A stretch of 64,000 nucleotides of DNA, taken from NCBI GenBank assembly GCA_001776935.1, contig MFDN01000001.1:229449-293448 (forward strand), read 5' to 3'. Each line of letters begins with the position of its first letter. Positions within the stretch are counted from its first letter, which is position 1. A program made the translations under genes and the position numbers. Origin of the DNA: Candidatus Daviesbacteria bacterium RIFCSPLOWO2_01_FULL_39_23. GTDB lineage: Bacteria > Patescibacteriota > Microgenomatia > Daviesbacterales > UBA10151. This document shows positions 30,654-39,655 of the stretch, one piece after another. Below the pieces are notes generated by a model, which did no database searches, had not been told where the DNA came from, and saw only the letters and a program-made list of their open reading frames with translations.

Positions 30654-31647
30654 AGTATCGGTTATTATCCCAAACTGGAACGGAAAAGAGCTACTCAAGG
30701 ATTGCCTTGAATCTTTGCAGAGTCAAAGCTTTGAGGACTTTGAAATAATTTTAGTGGACAATAACTCTGAGGATGAGAGTTTGAAGTTTGTTGAAGGTAG
30801 TTTTCCAAAGGTCAGGGTGTTAAGGCTTGATAAAAACTACGGGTTTGCAAAAGCTATCAATGAGGGAGTCAGGGTGTCGGAAGCGCAGTATGTTGTATTT
30901 TTAAACAATGATACGGTTGCAGAGAGGGATTGGATAAAAAGTTTAGTGGAGTGTGCGGATTTTCATCCCGAAGTAATTTCCGTAAATTCCAAGTTATTAA
31001 ACTTTAATAATAAGAAAGAAATTGACGGAGTGGGGATTTTGATAAATGAGGTGGGGCAGGCAAGATCTGTCGGCTGGCAGGAAGAAGATAAGGGCCAGTT
31101 TGATCCGCCAGCTGGCGGAGAGCTGTATATTTTTGGTGCAACAGGAGGCGCATCGCTTTTTAGGAAGGAAGATTTTATAAAAGTGGGAATGTTTGATGAG
31201 CATTATTTTATGTACTCTGAGGAAGTGGATTTTGCTTTCAGGGCGCAGTTTTTAGGGTATAAATCTATATTTTGCCCAGAGGCTGTTGTATTTCATAAAC
31301 ATAAGGCAACATCCGGGAAATTTCCGGATAAAGTTGAGTATTGGCAGTTTAGGAATATGACCCAAACAATCATTAAGGATTTCCCCGCTCCCCTTTTGTT
31401 TAAAAATTGGCGTATTTTAAAGATTATTTTGGTGCACCTGAATACTGTTTTCTATCAAATCAAAAACGGATATTTTTGGCCGCCTTTTTTTGCTTTGGGA
31501 TGGAATATTTTACATCTGCCGCATCTTTTGGCGGAAAGAAGAAAAATCCAAAAAAATATTAAAGTCAGCAATGATTATATTGAGAGTTTTTTACAGGAGA
31601 AAAAAATCACTTTCTGGGGCTTGCGCAAAGAAGTATCAGGAAGATAA
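30640..31647 (+). CDS. family 2 glycosyltransferase
   Basis: VSVIIPNWNGKELL, VDNNSEDES and FLNNDT DxD-like motifs. Internal ATG at 30640. Confidence 0.7.
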   Translation: MKKIKVSVIIPNWNGKELLKDCLESLQSQSFEDFEIILVDNNSEDESLKFVEGSFPKVRVLRLDKNYGFAKAINEGVRVSEAQYVVFLNNDTVAERDWIKSLVECADFHPEVISVNSKLLNFNNKKEIDGVGILINEVGQARSVGWQEEDKGQFDPPAGGELYIFGATGGASLFRKEDFIKVGMFDEHYFMYSEEVDFAFRAQFLGYKSIFCPEAVVFHKHKATSGKFPDKVEYWQFRNMTQTIIKDFPAPLLFKNWRILKIILVHLNTVFYQIKNGYFWPPFFALGWNILHLPHLLAERRKIQKNIKVSNDYIESFLQEKKITFWGLRKEVSGR

Positions 31648-32758
31648 AAATTGCAGGATAAAAAAGCGAATTTGCAAATACCGAATGAACCAAAAGTCCT
31701 AAAACTAATGCAAACATAATAATGCGGTAGGTTTCATTGCCTTTTACAAGAATGAGGAGGAAATAAAGATAGGAAAGCAATCCGATTATGCCGGTTGTGG
31801 ATGCAACATATAAAAGCGAGGAATCATTGCTTGAGGATCCGCGGCTTTGCAAAAATTGTTCGTCACCTAAGTTGTATTGTATTAATGCATATCTGTAAGC
31901 GTTAAATCCAACCCCTAAGACAGGGTTTTTTTCAAATATCTGCAGGCCCTGCTGCCAGGTGTTTATGCGGAAAGAGGCGGATTGTCCCCTGTCTATATTG
32001 CGGGGTTTGGAAACCATCTGAGTATATATTTGAAACCCTAAAATAAGTATTAGAAAAAGCAGTATTATTTTAAGAGCCAGTATTTTTGATTTTTTCAAAA
32101 AAGACAAACTTAGGCCGCTAGTTAAAAACATTAAATAGCTTGAGCGGGAGAAGGTGGTTAAAAGGGCAAGAAAAGTTACTGCAAATATCAGGTAAAAAAT
32201 TTTAGGGTTTTTAAAAGGTTGAAAATATAGGATCAAGATTATTGTTAAGACAAAAAAAGCTCCGGCAAAGTTCGGGTCAAAGAAAGTGGAAACTGTCCGG
32301 AAATAATGCGGATCCCAGCCGAATTGGGCCATAAAATTCAGATTGGGTAAAAACAAAAGCTGTAAAAGACCTAGTGCGGCAAGGCCTGCACCGGAGGAGA
32401 CCAGGATCAGGTGAATTTTTTCCGCAACTTTGGGGAATGCGCCTGAATAGATAACCCAGCCCAGAAAAATATAGGAAGAAAATCTTAGGGTGTACGAGAA
32501 AGCGTTTAGTTTTTGCATGGGAGTCAGAAAAAGGGGTGTAAGCAGTAAAGATATTGTGGCAAAGAGGATGAAAATAAAAGCAGAAATTACAAAAAGAGGA
32601 GGGCGTTTCAGTTTGAATTTAAGTTTTAGAAGGCCCAGGCTTCCGGTTAATATAACAATAATATCAAGCATGGTTAGCGCGCCCTGCGAAAAAAGCGGCA
32701 CCCTGATTAATTGACCGGAAATTATTGCTAGTGTTAATATCAGACTGGCTAAATTCAT
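31607..32758 (-). CDS. O-antigen ligase/polymerase-like membrane protein
   Basis: 383 aa with about 10 transmembrane helices and a Wzy/WaaL-like large loop. Confidence 0.4.
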   Translation of the reverse strand: MNLASLILTLAIISGQLIRVPLFSQGALTMLDIIVILTGSLGLLKLKFKLKRPPLFVISAFIFILFATISLLLTPLFLTPMQKLNAFSYTLRFSSYIFLGWVIYSGAFPKVAEKIHLILVSSGAGLAALGLLQLLFLPNLNFMAQFGWDPHYFRTVSTFFDPNFAGAFFVLTIILILYFQPFKNPKIFYLIFAVTFLALLTTFSRSSYLMFLTSGLSLSFLKKSKILALKIILLFLILILGFQIYTQMVSKPRNIDRGQSASFRINTWQQGLQIFEKNPVLGVGFNAYRYALIQYNLGDEQFLQSRGSSSNDSSLLYVASTTGIIGLLSYLYFLLILVKGNETYRIIMFALVLGLLVHSVFANSLFYPAIFIFLILLCASPRK

Positions 32759-32760
32759 TG

Positions 32761-33822
32761 ATGAAATTATATTCTAGTATAACCTACATATTTATTATAT
32801 GGATAGTATCTTTGCTGGTTATTTTTTATTTAAGTTTTTATTCACTCCCCCATTCTGGAAAATTTCCTGACGATTTTTTTAGAAGTTTTGCAAACTGGGA
32901 CGGCGGACATTTTTTAGGGATTGCCGAAGTGGGGTACAGCCAAAAGTTCCAGTATGCTTTTTTTCCGTTCTATCCCTTGTTTGTAAGGATGCTTTCCCAA
33001 ATTACAGGAAATTATTTATTATCGGCAATTTTGATAAGTACCGTATCAACATTTTTTGGCCTGCAGATTTTATACAGACTTATTATTGAAACTTTTGACA
33101 AAAAGATCGGGGAGAAAACGGTTTTAGCTTTTTTATTTTTTCCCACCTCGTTTTTTTTGCTTACTGCATATTCGGAAGGGCTATTTTTCTTTTTAACGGT
33201 TTCGGCTTTTTATTTTTATCGGAAAAATCTTTTGTTTTGGGCGGTAGTGGCTGCATCACTTGCATCTGCCACCAGGCTGGTGGGACTGGCGATTGTTTTG
33301 GGGCTTTGGGTGGATATTTTGGGGCGGCAGGGGATAAACCGGAGAAACTTTTATATTTTATTTGCCCCTTTGGGGTTTATTATTTATTGCGTTTATTTAT
33401 ACTTTCAAACAGGGGATTTTTTCTATTTTTTAACCGCCCAAACCCACTGGCAAAGGACACTGACTGCTCCGGTTTTGGGATTTTGGGAAACTATCAGGCA
33501 GATTTCTGTTGGCGGATTTACAGGTGTTAGTATAAATATTTTTCTTGATTTGATTTTTGCAGTTTTTGGAGTGGGGATGGCAATTAGGGCTTTTCGGTTT
33601 TTGCCCTCAATTTTTGCAATTTACACATTTGCTGCGGTTTTAATACCGCTTTTTACTCCGACATTATCTTCTATCCCAAGATTTCTGCTGATGATTTTTC
33701 CCATATTTATTTTAGTTGCCTTAATTAAAAACCGCTATTTGGCTTTAGGGTACCAGGTGATTTCCCTTCTGCTGCTTGCCTATTTTAGCACGCTTTTTAT
33801 AACCGGCTTTTGGGTTTCTTAG
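32761..33822 (+). CDS. GT-C-fold membrane glycosyltransferase (PIG-V/mannosyltransferase-like)
   Basis: NWDGGHFLGIAEVGY motif near the N-terminus and a polytopic membrane profile. Confidence 0.35.
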   Translation: MKLYSSITYIFIIWIVSLLVIFYLSFYSLPHSGKFPDDFFRSFANWDGGHFLGIAEVGYSQKFQYAFFPFYPLFVRMLSQITGNYLLSAILISTVSTFFGLQILYRLIIETFDKKIGEKTVLAFLFFPTSFFLLTAYSEGLFFFLTVSAFYFYRKNLLFWAVVAASLASATRLVGLAIVLGLWVDILGRQGINRRNFYILFAPLGFIIYCVYLYFQTGDFFYFLTAQTHWQRTLTAPVLGFWETIRQISVGGFTGVSINIFLDLIFAVFGVGMAIRAFRFLPSIFAIYTFAAVLIPLFTPTLSSIPRFLLMIFPIFILVALIKNRYLALGYQVISLLLLAYFSTLFITGFWVS

Positions 33823-34592
33823 GAAGACGGCGAAGGACTGGGAGAAGGCGAAGGGGAGGGGGGAGGCGCATAATTTACCAGTCTTTGAATTTCAATGGAA
33901 TTTGCGGCTGTATCAACTGCTTTTATGGTGAGTGTGTTGTCGCCGTCGTTTAAGGAAAAATCCGTTGCAAAATTTCCGTCTTTATCAACTATTGTTTGGG
34001 AATCATTTATAAAAACTTTTGCACCCGGATCGGTTTTGCCCGCAACTTTTACTTTTTTGTCGCCGCCTTCTATTTTTTTATTGTCTTCCGGTTCAGAAAG
34101 GCTGAGTGTGGGTTTTTCATTATCGTAGGTTATTTTGATGGTTTTAGAAGGGAGGCTTTCTTTGCCTGCCTCATCCAAAGTTGTGCCGAAGATATTATTT
34201 ATTCCCAAAGAAAGAGAAACTTTTTCAAAAGTGAAGGATCCGTCACTTCCCACTTCTGCGGTTTGCTTTTCTTCATCATCTATATAAAGTTTGACCTTCG
34301 TACCAGGAGTGCCAAAACCTTTAATGTCTATGGGGGAGCTTAAGGTTGCCTCAAAAGGGATATTTAAAACAGGAGGGGCGCCTTCTGCATTTTCAAAAGA
34401 CTTTACAGGGGCTTTCTGGGAGGGATTTGTGATATTCTTTACAAAACCAATTCCGTTTACAAAAGAGGGTAGGATCCAGGTGATTGTGGAATAGCCCAAA
34501 ACAAGGGTGATTATTAAAGTGATTATAAAATTTCTTTTGCTCTTTTTTGCCAGCCTTTTAACTGATCTTCTGGAATGATAGCTGTTTGCCAT
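33819..34592 (-). CDS. membrane-anchored Ig-like (Big) domain surface protein with C-terminal (Pro-Ser)n repeat
   Basis: ATG at 34592 with an N-terminal transmembrane helix. The C-terminus is PPPSPSPSPSPSPSS. It shares a frame with the recombinase ORF but is separated from it by the tRNA. Confidence 0.4.
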   Translation of the reverse strand: MANSYHSRRSVKRLAKKSKRNFIITLIITLVLGYSTITWILPSFVNGIGFVKNITNPSQKAPVKSFENAEGAPPVLNIPFEATLSSPIDIKGFGTPGTKVKLYIDDEEKQTAEVGSDGSFTFEKVSLSLGINNIFGTTLDEAGKESLPSKTIKITYDNEKPTLSLSEPEDNKKIEGGDKKVKVAGKTDPGAKVFINDSQTIVDKDGNFATDFSLNDGDNTLTIKAVDTAANSIEIQRLVNYAPPPSPSPSPSPSPSS

Positions 34593-34687
34593 ACCCACCA
34601 AGTATACCAAAATCTGGTAAAATGTGTGGGAATATGCGGGGTTAGTACACCGGTAGTATGCTACCTTCCCCCGCCTGCCAAAGCTAT

Positions 34688-34762
34688 GCGGTGGTAGTTC
34701 AGTGGTAGAATGTCTCCTTCCCAAGGAGAAGGTCGGGGGTTCGAGTCCCCTCCACCGCTCCA
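34688..34762 (+). tRNA. tRNA-Gly (anticodon CCC)
   Basis: Acceptor stem GCGGTGG/CCACCGC, anticodon stem TCTCC/GGAGA with loop TTCCCAA, T-arm GGGGG-TTCGAGT-CCCCT, and CCA encoded. Confidence 0.85.
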
Positions 34763-36308
34763 GACCGTAATGAAATTCTGAAACGGCTTGATTAGATCGA
34801 TTTGACAAGCCGTTTTGAGGTTCGAGCGGGCCTTTTTTACCATTTACTGCATTTTCAACCTTCTTCAAAAAGATAAATGCGTTTTTGGCGTCAATACACA
34901 CTAATCTATCTTTTAGATAGAGGTCCGAGCCAAGAATACGAAGTACCATCCTTTTTGTTTCAATATCACCATTTTCAAAGATTACACTAACATTTGACGC
35001 AAATCCTAAAACCTCTTCCATTACCTCACTCCAGGCAGAAACGCTGTCAGTTGCTATAGTTTTTTGCAATTGTTTTTCTTCCTCAAGAAGCCTGCTTTTT
35101 TCTTTCTGGTAATCCTCCTCACTAACCATACCCTCGATTTTCATCCCATAAAGGTTTTTCTTTTCCAGCAGAATAGCGTCAAGACGTTTCGTTAATTTAC
35201 CCTTTTGCTGTCTTTCGAATTCGAACTCTTTCTCGTTTCTTCTTCTGAGGTTATCTTTTACCCATTCTACAAACGAATGTTTTATTTCAATATTCTGGAC
35301 AAACTCCCGCACCTGCTTCTCAACTTCAATGCCATTAAGGTAAGGTTGGCTGCATGGCCCTTTTTTCTTAGTACAGCGCGCATAAACAAAGGTCTGGGAT
35401 TTGCCTGTAGTTTTATAATGCTTTGTTTTTCTCTCTGCAGTAATAGAAGCGCCACATTCCCCACACTTAAGAATTTTCATGAAATAGAAATCATTATGGT
35501 TTACTATCACTCTTTTTCTGCCATCGATTATATCTTGAACAACTCTGTACTGGTCAAGGGTAATCATTGGCTTATGCCTGCCCTCGTACCTTTCACTATG
35601 GTAATCAAACAAACCTGTATAAAAAATATTCCGGAAGAATCGGAACGCCTCAGTCAAACTTACCGGCCTACCTTGTCTTCTTTTACTTCGTAGTCCTAAA
35701 GCTGTGATTTTCTCCAGAGAGCTGGCAACTGTCTCATCTCCGATAAGCATAAGATCCCACCACTTCCGACAAAGTTCAAATCTGTCAGGATCAGGCATAA
35801 TGTCTTTTGACCCTTTAGGTTTATATTTATCATTCAAATAGCCCAAAGGAGCCTCACCAGGCATCCATCCCATCTGAATTTTAGAATTCATGCCTCTTTT
35901 AACATTATCAGAGAGGTCTTTACTAAACTTGGTGGCCATTCCAAACTCTATAAAAAGGAAAGTGGAGTTATTGCGGTCATAGTCCATAGTCGGAGTAACA
36001 ATAAGCATGCCATTATAGTCAACGTGGTCAATAAGAGTGCCTCCCTCTTTTGCGTTACGGCAGAGCCTGTCAGCTTTCCAGCAGAGGATATTGTCAGCTT
36101 CACCATTGGCAATGCGGGCAAGCATCGCTTTAAACTCCGGTCTCTTATCGGGTCGTTTGGCAGATTTACTTTCTTTATAAATGCCTACAACAACAAGACC
36201 CTTGTCTGCTGCAAGCTCGCGGCAAATTCTTTCCTGATCATCCAGGGAGAGAATCTGCCTGTCTTTATCCTCTGAAGATTTCCTACAGTATATAAAACAT
36301 CTTTTCAT
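34763..36308 (-). CDS. large serine recombinase (integrase); 3' end unresolved because there is no in-frame stop before the tRNA
   Basis: ATG at 36308 preceded by AGGAG. Resolvase catalytic domain CFIYCRKSSEDKDRQILSLDDQ, recombinase domain, zinc ribbon CGECG...C and a coiled coil. The frame runs on through tRNA-Gly into the next gene (851-aa composite ORF). Confidence 0.75.
34781..34815. repeat. perfect 10-bp inverted repeat AAACGGCTTG-N15-CAAGCCGTTT next to the tRNA-Gly 3' end (candidate att core or tRNA terminator)
   Basis: The arms are exact reverse complements. It lies inside the 3' end of the recombinase reading frame. Confidence 0.4.
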
Positions 36309-36330
36309 GAACTCCTTTCGTAACTGATAA

Positions 36331-36570
36331 CTACAGCTTGTCGTTGATGTTAGCTCGATTTTCCCTGTAAACAAGAGTCTTATCTATAACAATGTCGACC
36401 AAAAGCAATAAAGCTGTGGCTTGCTCAAAAGCCTGAGCATCGGTTAGTTCGATACCATACTCCTTGCGGGTAAGTTCCTTAAACTTATCCAGTTCCTCAC
36501 GAGTAACCAAAGAATTAGCCGGTAGTTCTTTATTTTCCTCTTCTGGAGATTTTGGGTTATTATTTTCCAT
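36331..36570 (-). CDS. small acidic hypothetical protein, first gene of the integrase operon
   Basis: 79 aa with a 22-nt gap to the recombinase ATG. The promoter element is shared with cro. Confidence 0.3.
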   Translation of the reverse strand: MENNNPKSPEEENKELPANSLVTREELDKFKELTRKEYGIELTDAQAFEQATALLLLVDIVIDKTLVYRENRANINDKL

Positions 36571-36599
36571 TCCTGTACTTCAAGGTACAGAAATGGTTG

Positions 36600-36618
36600 A
36601 TTTATCTCAATAAACTTT
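36600..36618 (-). promoter_or_regulatory. 19-bp element ATTTATCTCAATAAACTTT (promoter/operator, copy 1), 30 nt upstream of the integrase-operon start
   Basis: Exact reverse complement of 38423-38441. It contains a TTGAGA -35-like hexamer and TTTAT-N4-ATAAA half-sites. Confidence 0.5.
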
Positions 36619-36833
36619 CTGTTCGAATATGTTTACTTCTGTAAACAATGTATGATTTGTGTAATTTTCAGGCACAAAGCGAAACACGCCGTTTGACAAA
36701 TTTGGGTGATTTTGATAAAGTATAGATACCGAATGATCCCTGTAGTGAAAGTACCTTATCATTAGGGAGCGAATGTCGGCACTGGCAACAGATGACCGTC
36801 TTGGCTACAGGGGTCGATTTTTTTGGGAAAATT

Positions 36834-37460
36834 TCAGTAAGGCTTCCAGAGATCTTCTTCCCTTTTCTTGATAATTTTGTAGTAGGTGTCATCACTACGG
36901 TTGTATTTGCGATAAATCGCTCCGCAGACCATGTCGGCAAGTTGTAAAAGATTATTCCCTTTTGAATCCCGGTGTTTAATTTCTCCGATGAGTTTTTCCA
37001 TGTCTGTATTTAAGCGTCTTCTTAAATATTTGTTAAAATCCTGAACAAAAGACTTGGTTATATGATCTACAAAAACTGACGCATTCTTGATGTGGCTTTG
37101 TGCTCTAAGAAACAGTTGGTCTGCAACGAGCATATATAAACTATCAATAGGATTAGACTCTCGCTTCATGAGTATTTTTTTGTCAATTACTACGGCCCGA
37201 TAGTGAAAGTCCTGGCGGGAAAGCTTTCGCAGAAAGGTTGCTTTTGCCTTATTATTTGTCCCGGTACTAAATTTAAATTCAAGCGACTCAGATCTTTTGA
37301 GTTCCTTACGTACTTCCTTAACTGCCTCGTTAGCTTTTTCAGCTGCCTCTAGACTATCAAAAGTCACCATGACCAGCACGAAATATTGGCTTGATACTTT
37401 ATCAAATTTAAATCCGGTATCACCGGACTCATCCATAAAAATAAGCATAGCTACTGGCAT
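36834..37460 (-). CDS. DUF3800-family protein
   Basis: N-terminal IFMDESGDTG and C-terminal LQLADMVCGAIY are DUF3800 hallmarks. Confidence 0.5.
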   Translation of the reverse strand: MPVAMLIFMDESGDTGFKFDKVSSQYFVLVMVTFDSLEAAEKANEAVKEVRKELKRSESLEFKFSTGTNNKAKATFLRKLSRQDFHYRAVVIDKKILMKRESNPIDSLYMLVADQLFLRAQSHIKNASVFVDHITKSFVQDFNKYLRRRLNTDMEKLIGEIKHRDSKGNNLLQLADMVCGAIYRKYNRSDDTYYKIIKKREEDLWKPY

Positions 37461-37903
37461 AGGATCTCCCGATAAAAAAATTTTGCGTGAAATCGCACAA
37501 CCTCCTCGTCTACACAGAAATAATTAGAAAGATTTTTGATTGATAGGTGCTTAACCTGATTGAATATTGCGTGAGGAATCAATAATTCTGTAGCAAAACA
37601 CTGTGCCTCAATTTCCTGTTTAAATTTTTTAAACTGGTCGCTTTCCTCAAAATACATATGATTTCCTCTATGCAGAAAATGATGTCCGAGTGCATGAGCA
37701 ATTAACTCACGCTTTTTTCTAGGGGTTGCGCTTTGAAGAATACCAATACTATCACCCACATACATTTCCTTGACCCGGCCTTGAAATACCCATTCATCAA
37801 GGGTTAAATATTCATTATCAATAATTTTATATAAATCTATTGGGGCAGTGGACAAATTATACTTTCGTACAATTTGCCTAGCCCTTTTCCGGGCGTTTTT
37901 CAT
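37451..37903 (-). CDS. ImmA/IrrE-family metallopeptidase
   Basis: HEXXH motif (HALGHHFLH). It is paired with an XRE repressor immediately upstream. Confidence 0.65.
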   Translation of the reverse strand: MKNARKRARQIVRKYNLSTAPIDLYKIIDNEYLTLDEWVFQGRVKEMYVGDSIGILQSATPRKKRELIAHALGHHFLHRGNHMYFEESDQFKKFKQEIEAQCFATELLIPHAIFNQVKHLSIKNLSNYFCVDEEVVRFHAKFFYREILCQ

Positions 37904-38330
37904 GATTCTTAGTCCGTCTGGACTTTACAAAATCTATATACTCCATTACTGATTGGATTTCAGAGTCTGTCATATTGTCAACCTCTTTCAGCATCAATGT
38001 AAGGGTCGTATCCTGCTTCAACTTATCAACTTGCTTTTCCCAGTATCCTACTTTTTGCAGCAATGACTCATAAGGGATTTTATAAGCAAAGGCAAGGGCT
38101 TTTAATTTAAAAGGGGAAGGTTGGGAATGTTTACCTGTTTCCAGATTAGAAATATAACCTCGTGAGAGTGAACACTGTGAATCAATCTCTTTGTTTTCAA
38201 TGGCAGTTCTAACTAACTCCACAACATCTTTTAGAGTGTAGTCTCTTATCTGGCGAATATAGCTTACATACTCGCCAATTGTCTCAAAATCATCAGGACT
38301 TTTTAGCAATGGTTTTTGTCTTCTCTTCAT
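37878..38330 (-). CDS. XRE-family HTH repressor (ImmR-like)
   Basis: HTH SRGYISNLETGK. Start taken as the ATG at 38330, though the six-frame ORF extends to 38399. It overlaps immA. Confidence 0.55.
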   Translation of the reverse strand: MKRRQKPLLKSPDDFETIGEYVSYIRQIRDYTLKDVVELVRTAIENKEIDSQCSLSRGYISNLETGKHSQPSPFKLKALAFAYKIPYESLLQKVGYWEKQVDKLKQDTTLTLMLKEVDNMTDSEIQSVMEYIDFVKSRRTKNHEKRPEKG

Positions 38331-38422
38331 ACTACTACAATAGATAGTAAGATAATTCTTACATTTCTTATTTTTACATACTATAATGATAATTGTCAAC
38401 AGAAATGAACATAAACAACCAT

Positions 38423-38441
38423 AAAGTTTATTGAGATAAAT
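38423..38441 (+). promoter_or_regulatory. 19-bp element AAAGTTTATTGAGATAAAT (copy 2), 30 nt upstream of cro-like gene
   Basis: Identical to the reverse complement of 36600-36618. Similarity extends about 40 nt, including a shared TCTGTA. Confidence 0.5.
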
Positions 38442-38470
38442 TACCAGAGTCTGTAATTTAAGTATTATAA

Positions 38471-38734
38471 ATGACTGCTAATAAATCTAAAAAGACAATT
38501 TTCATCAATAAAGAAAAGAGAGTTAATAGTGAGTTATTTGATGAAGTAAGGCTCACCAAAGGTCTCTCCCGTTTTCAATTGGCACTGGAAGTAGAGTTAT
38601 CTCCCCAAACAGTCAGACGTGTCCTTGTAATAGATGGCGACCCACGACCATCGACTGTTAAAAAAGTTGGTGAATTTTTAGAAATCCCTGCTAAAGACTG
38701 GTATATAAGGCGGGAAGTTTCGGTAGAAAAATAG
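38471..38734 (+). CDS. Cro/C1-type HTH regulator
   Basis: 87 aa with HTH LSRFQLALEVELSPQTVRRVL. It is divergent from the repressor. Confidence 0.5.
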   Translation: MTANKSKKTIFINKEKRVNSELFDEVRLTKGLSRFQLALEVELSPQTVRRVLVIDGDPRPSTVKKVGEFLEIPAKDWYIRREVSVEK

Positions 38735-38736
38735 AT

Positions 38737-38889
38737 ATGAATGCAGAATTGAAGTATAGATTGAGTGCCAGAAAAAGAAGATTGATGTTCAGGAAATTCA
38801 GACCACTGATATTAATCCTGATTTATATCGCTGTTGCGACTTGGCTGTTGAGCAAATTGATTGCTTTTATGGCTTCAAGATGTTTATAG
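38737..38889 (+). CDS. small transmembrane protein (50 aa), unannotated
   Basis: MNAELKYRLSARKRRLMFRKFRPLILILIYIAVATWLLSKLIAFMASRCL has a basic N-terminus and one transmembrane helix. It starts 3 nt after the cro stop. It is below the ORF-track length cutoff. Confidence 0.3.
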   Translation: MNAELKYRLSARKRRLMFRKFRPLILILIYIAVATWLLSKLIAFMASRCL

Positions 38890-38902
38890 CTCATGAAAAT
38901 GA

Positions 38903-39652
38903 ATGTTACCAGCTACATTAGAAAGCAACATGACAAAAATGGTCAGATTCAATTACACAACTATAAATCACGATGCGAGAATTAGATTGGGTTTAAGTAT
39001 TAACGAATACTGTGTCTTCGATTTAATTTATAACCTCTCCAATAACCCTAAAAATGCTCAGATGGGATGGTGCTATGCCAAGAAAGAAACACTCGGCGAT
39101 TATTTAGATATAGGTAGAGCTACTGTTTTTCGTGCAATTAATAAAGGCTTGAGGAATGGCCTTTTGGAAAAACATCCAGAACAACCTGCTTTCTTAAGAG
39201 GAACCAGTAAATGGTATGAATCGGTAATGATTAAAAACGAATCTCAAAGTGAGACTCCCTATATCAATAAGAGATACGGACAGTCTCAAAATGATACTCC
39301 CACTCGTCTCAAAATGAGAACATACAAAGATACTAACAAGGACAATGACAATTTTACAGCTAAGCCTAACGGCTCTGTCAAAAAAATAGGAGAAATATTA
39401 AATGGTCAGTCCCTGACCTCTCGAAGCGATAACCCGATTTTTTATGAATGGCAGTCCGAAGCAGAACGAATGTGGGTAGAACTGGGTTTATCCGGAAGGC
39501 CAACAGACGAATTCTTCCGACACGTTAAGCTGGCATTCAAGAAGAAAAGACAGGGCAGATTACAAATTGCCCTTTCTTACTGCAAGGACGCAACCAAGGT
39601 GAATGACATGGAGAAATTATTTTACTGGCGCTACGCCAACGAACCGGTATGA
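38903..39652 (+). CDS. hypothetical protein with N-terminal winged-helix-like region (replication/regulation?)
   Basis: No defining motif. It sits between cro and the methyltransferase. Confidence 0.3.
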   Translation: MLPATLESNMTKMVRFNYTTINHDARIRLGLSINEYCVFDLIYNLSNNPKNAQMGWCYAKKETLGDYLDIGRATVFRAINKGLRNGLLEKHPEQPAFLRGTSKWYESVMIKNESQSETPYINKRYGQSQNDTPTRLKMRTYKDTNKDNDNFTAKPNGSVKKIGEILNGQSLTSRSDNPIFYEWQSEAERMWVELGLSGRPTDEFFRHVKLAFKKKRQGRLQIALSYCKDATKVNDMEKLFYWRYANEPV

Positions 39653-39655
39653 ACT

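Noticed and set aside
33819-36374. 851-aa ORF as a single protein
   Set aside because: It is a composite. The recombinase domain (from the ATG at 36308), the tRNA-Gly gene on the opposite strand and a separate membrane protein (ATG 34592) happen to share a frame. The translated tRNA segment (WRGLEPPTFSLGRRHS) is not protein-like.
36668-36940. 90-aa minus-strand ORF overlapping the DUF3800 3' end
   Set aside because: It overlaps a better-supported gene out of frame and extends into the promoter region. No RBS.
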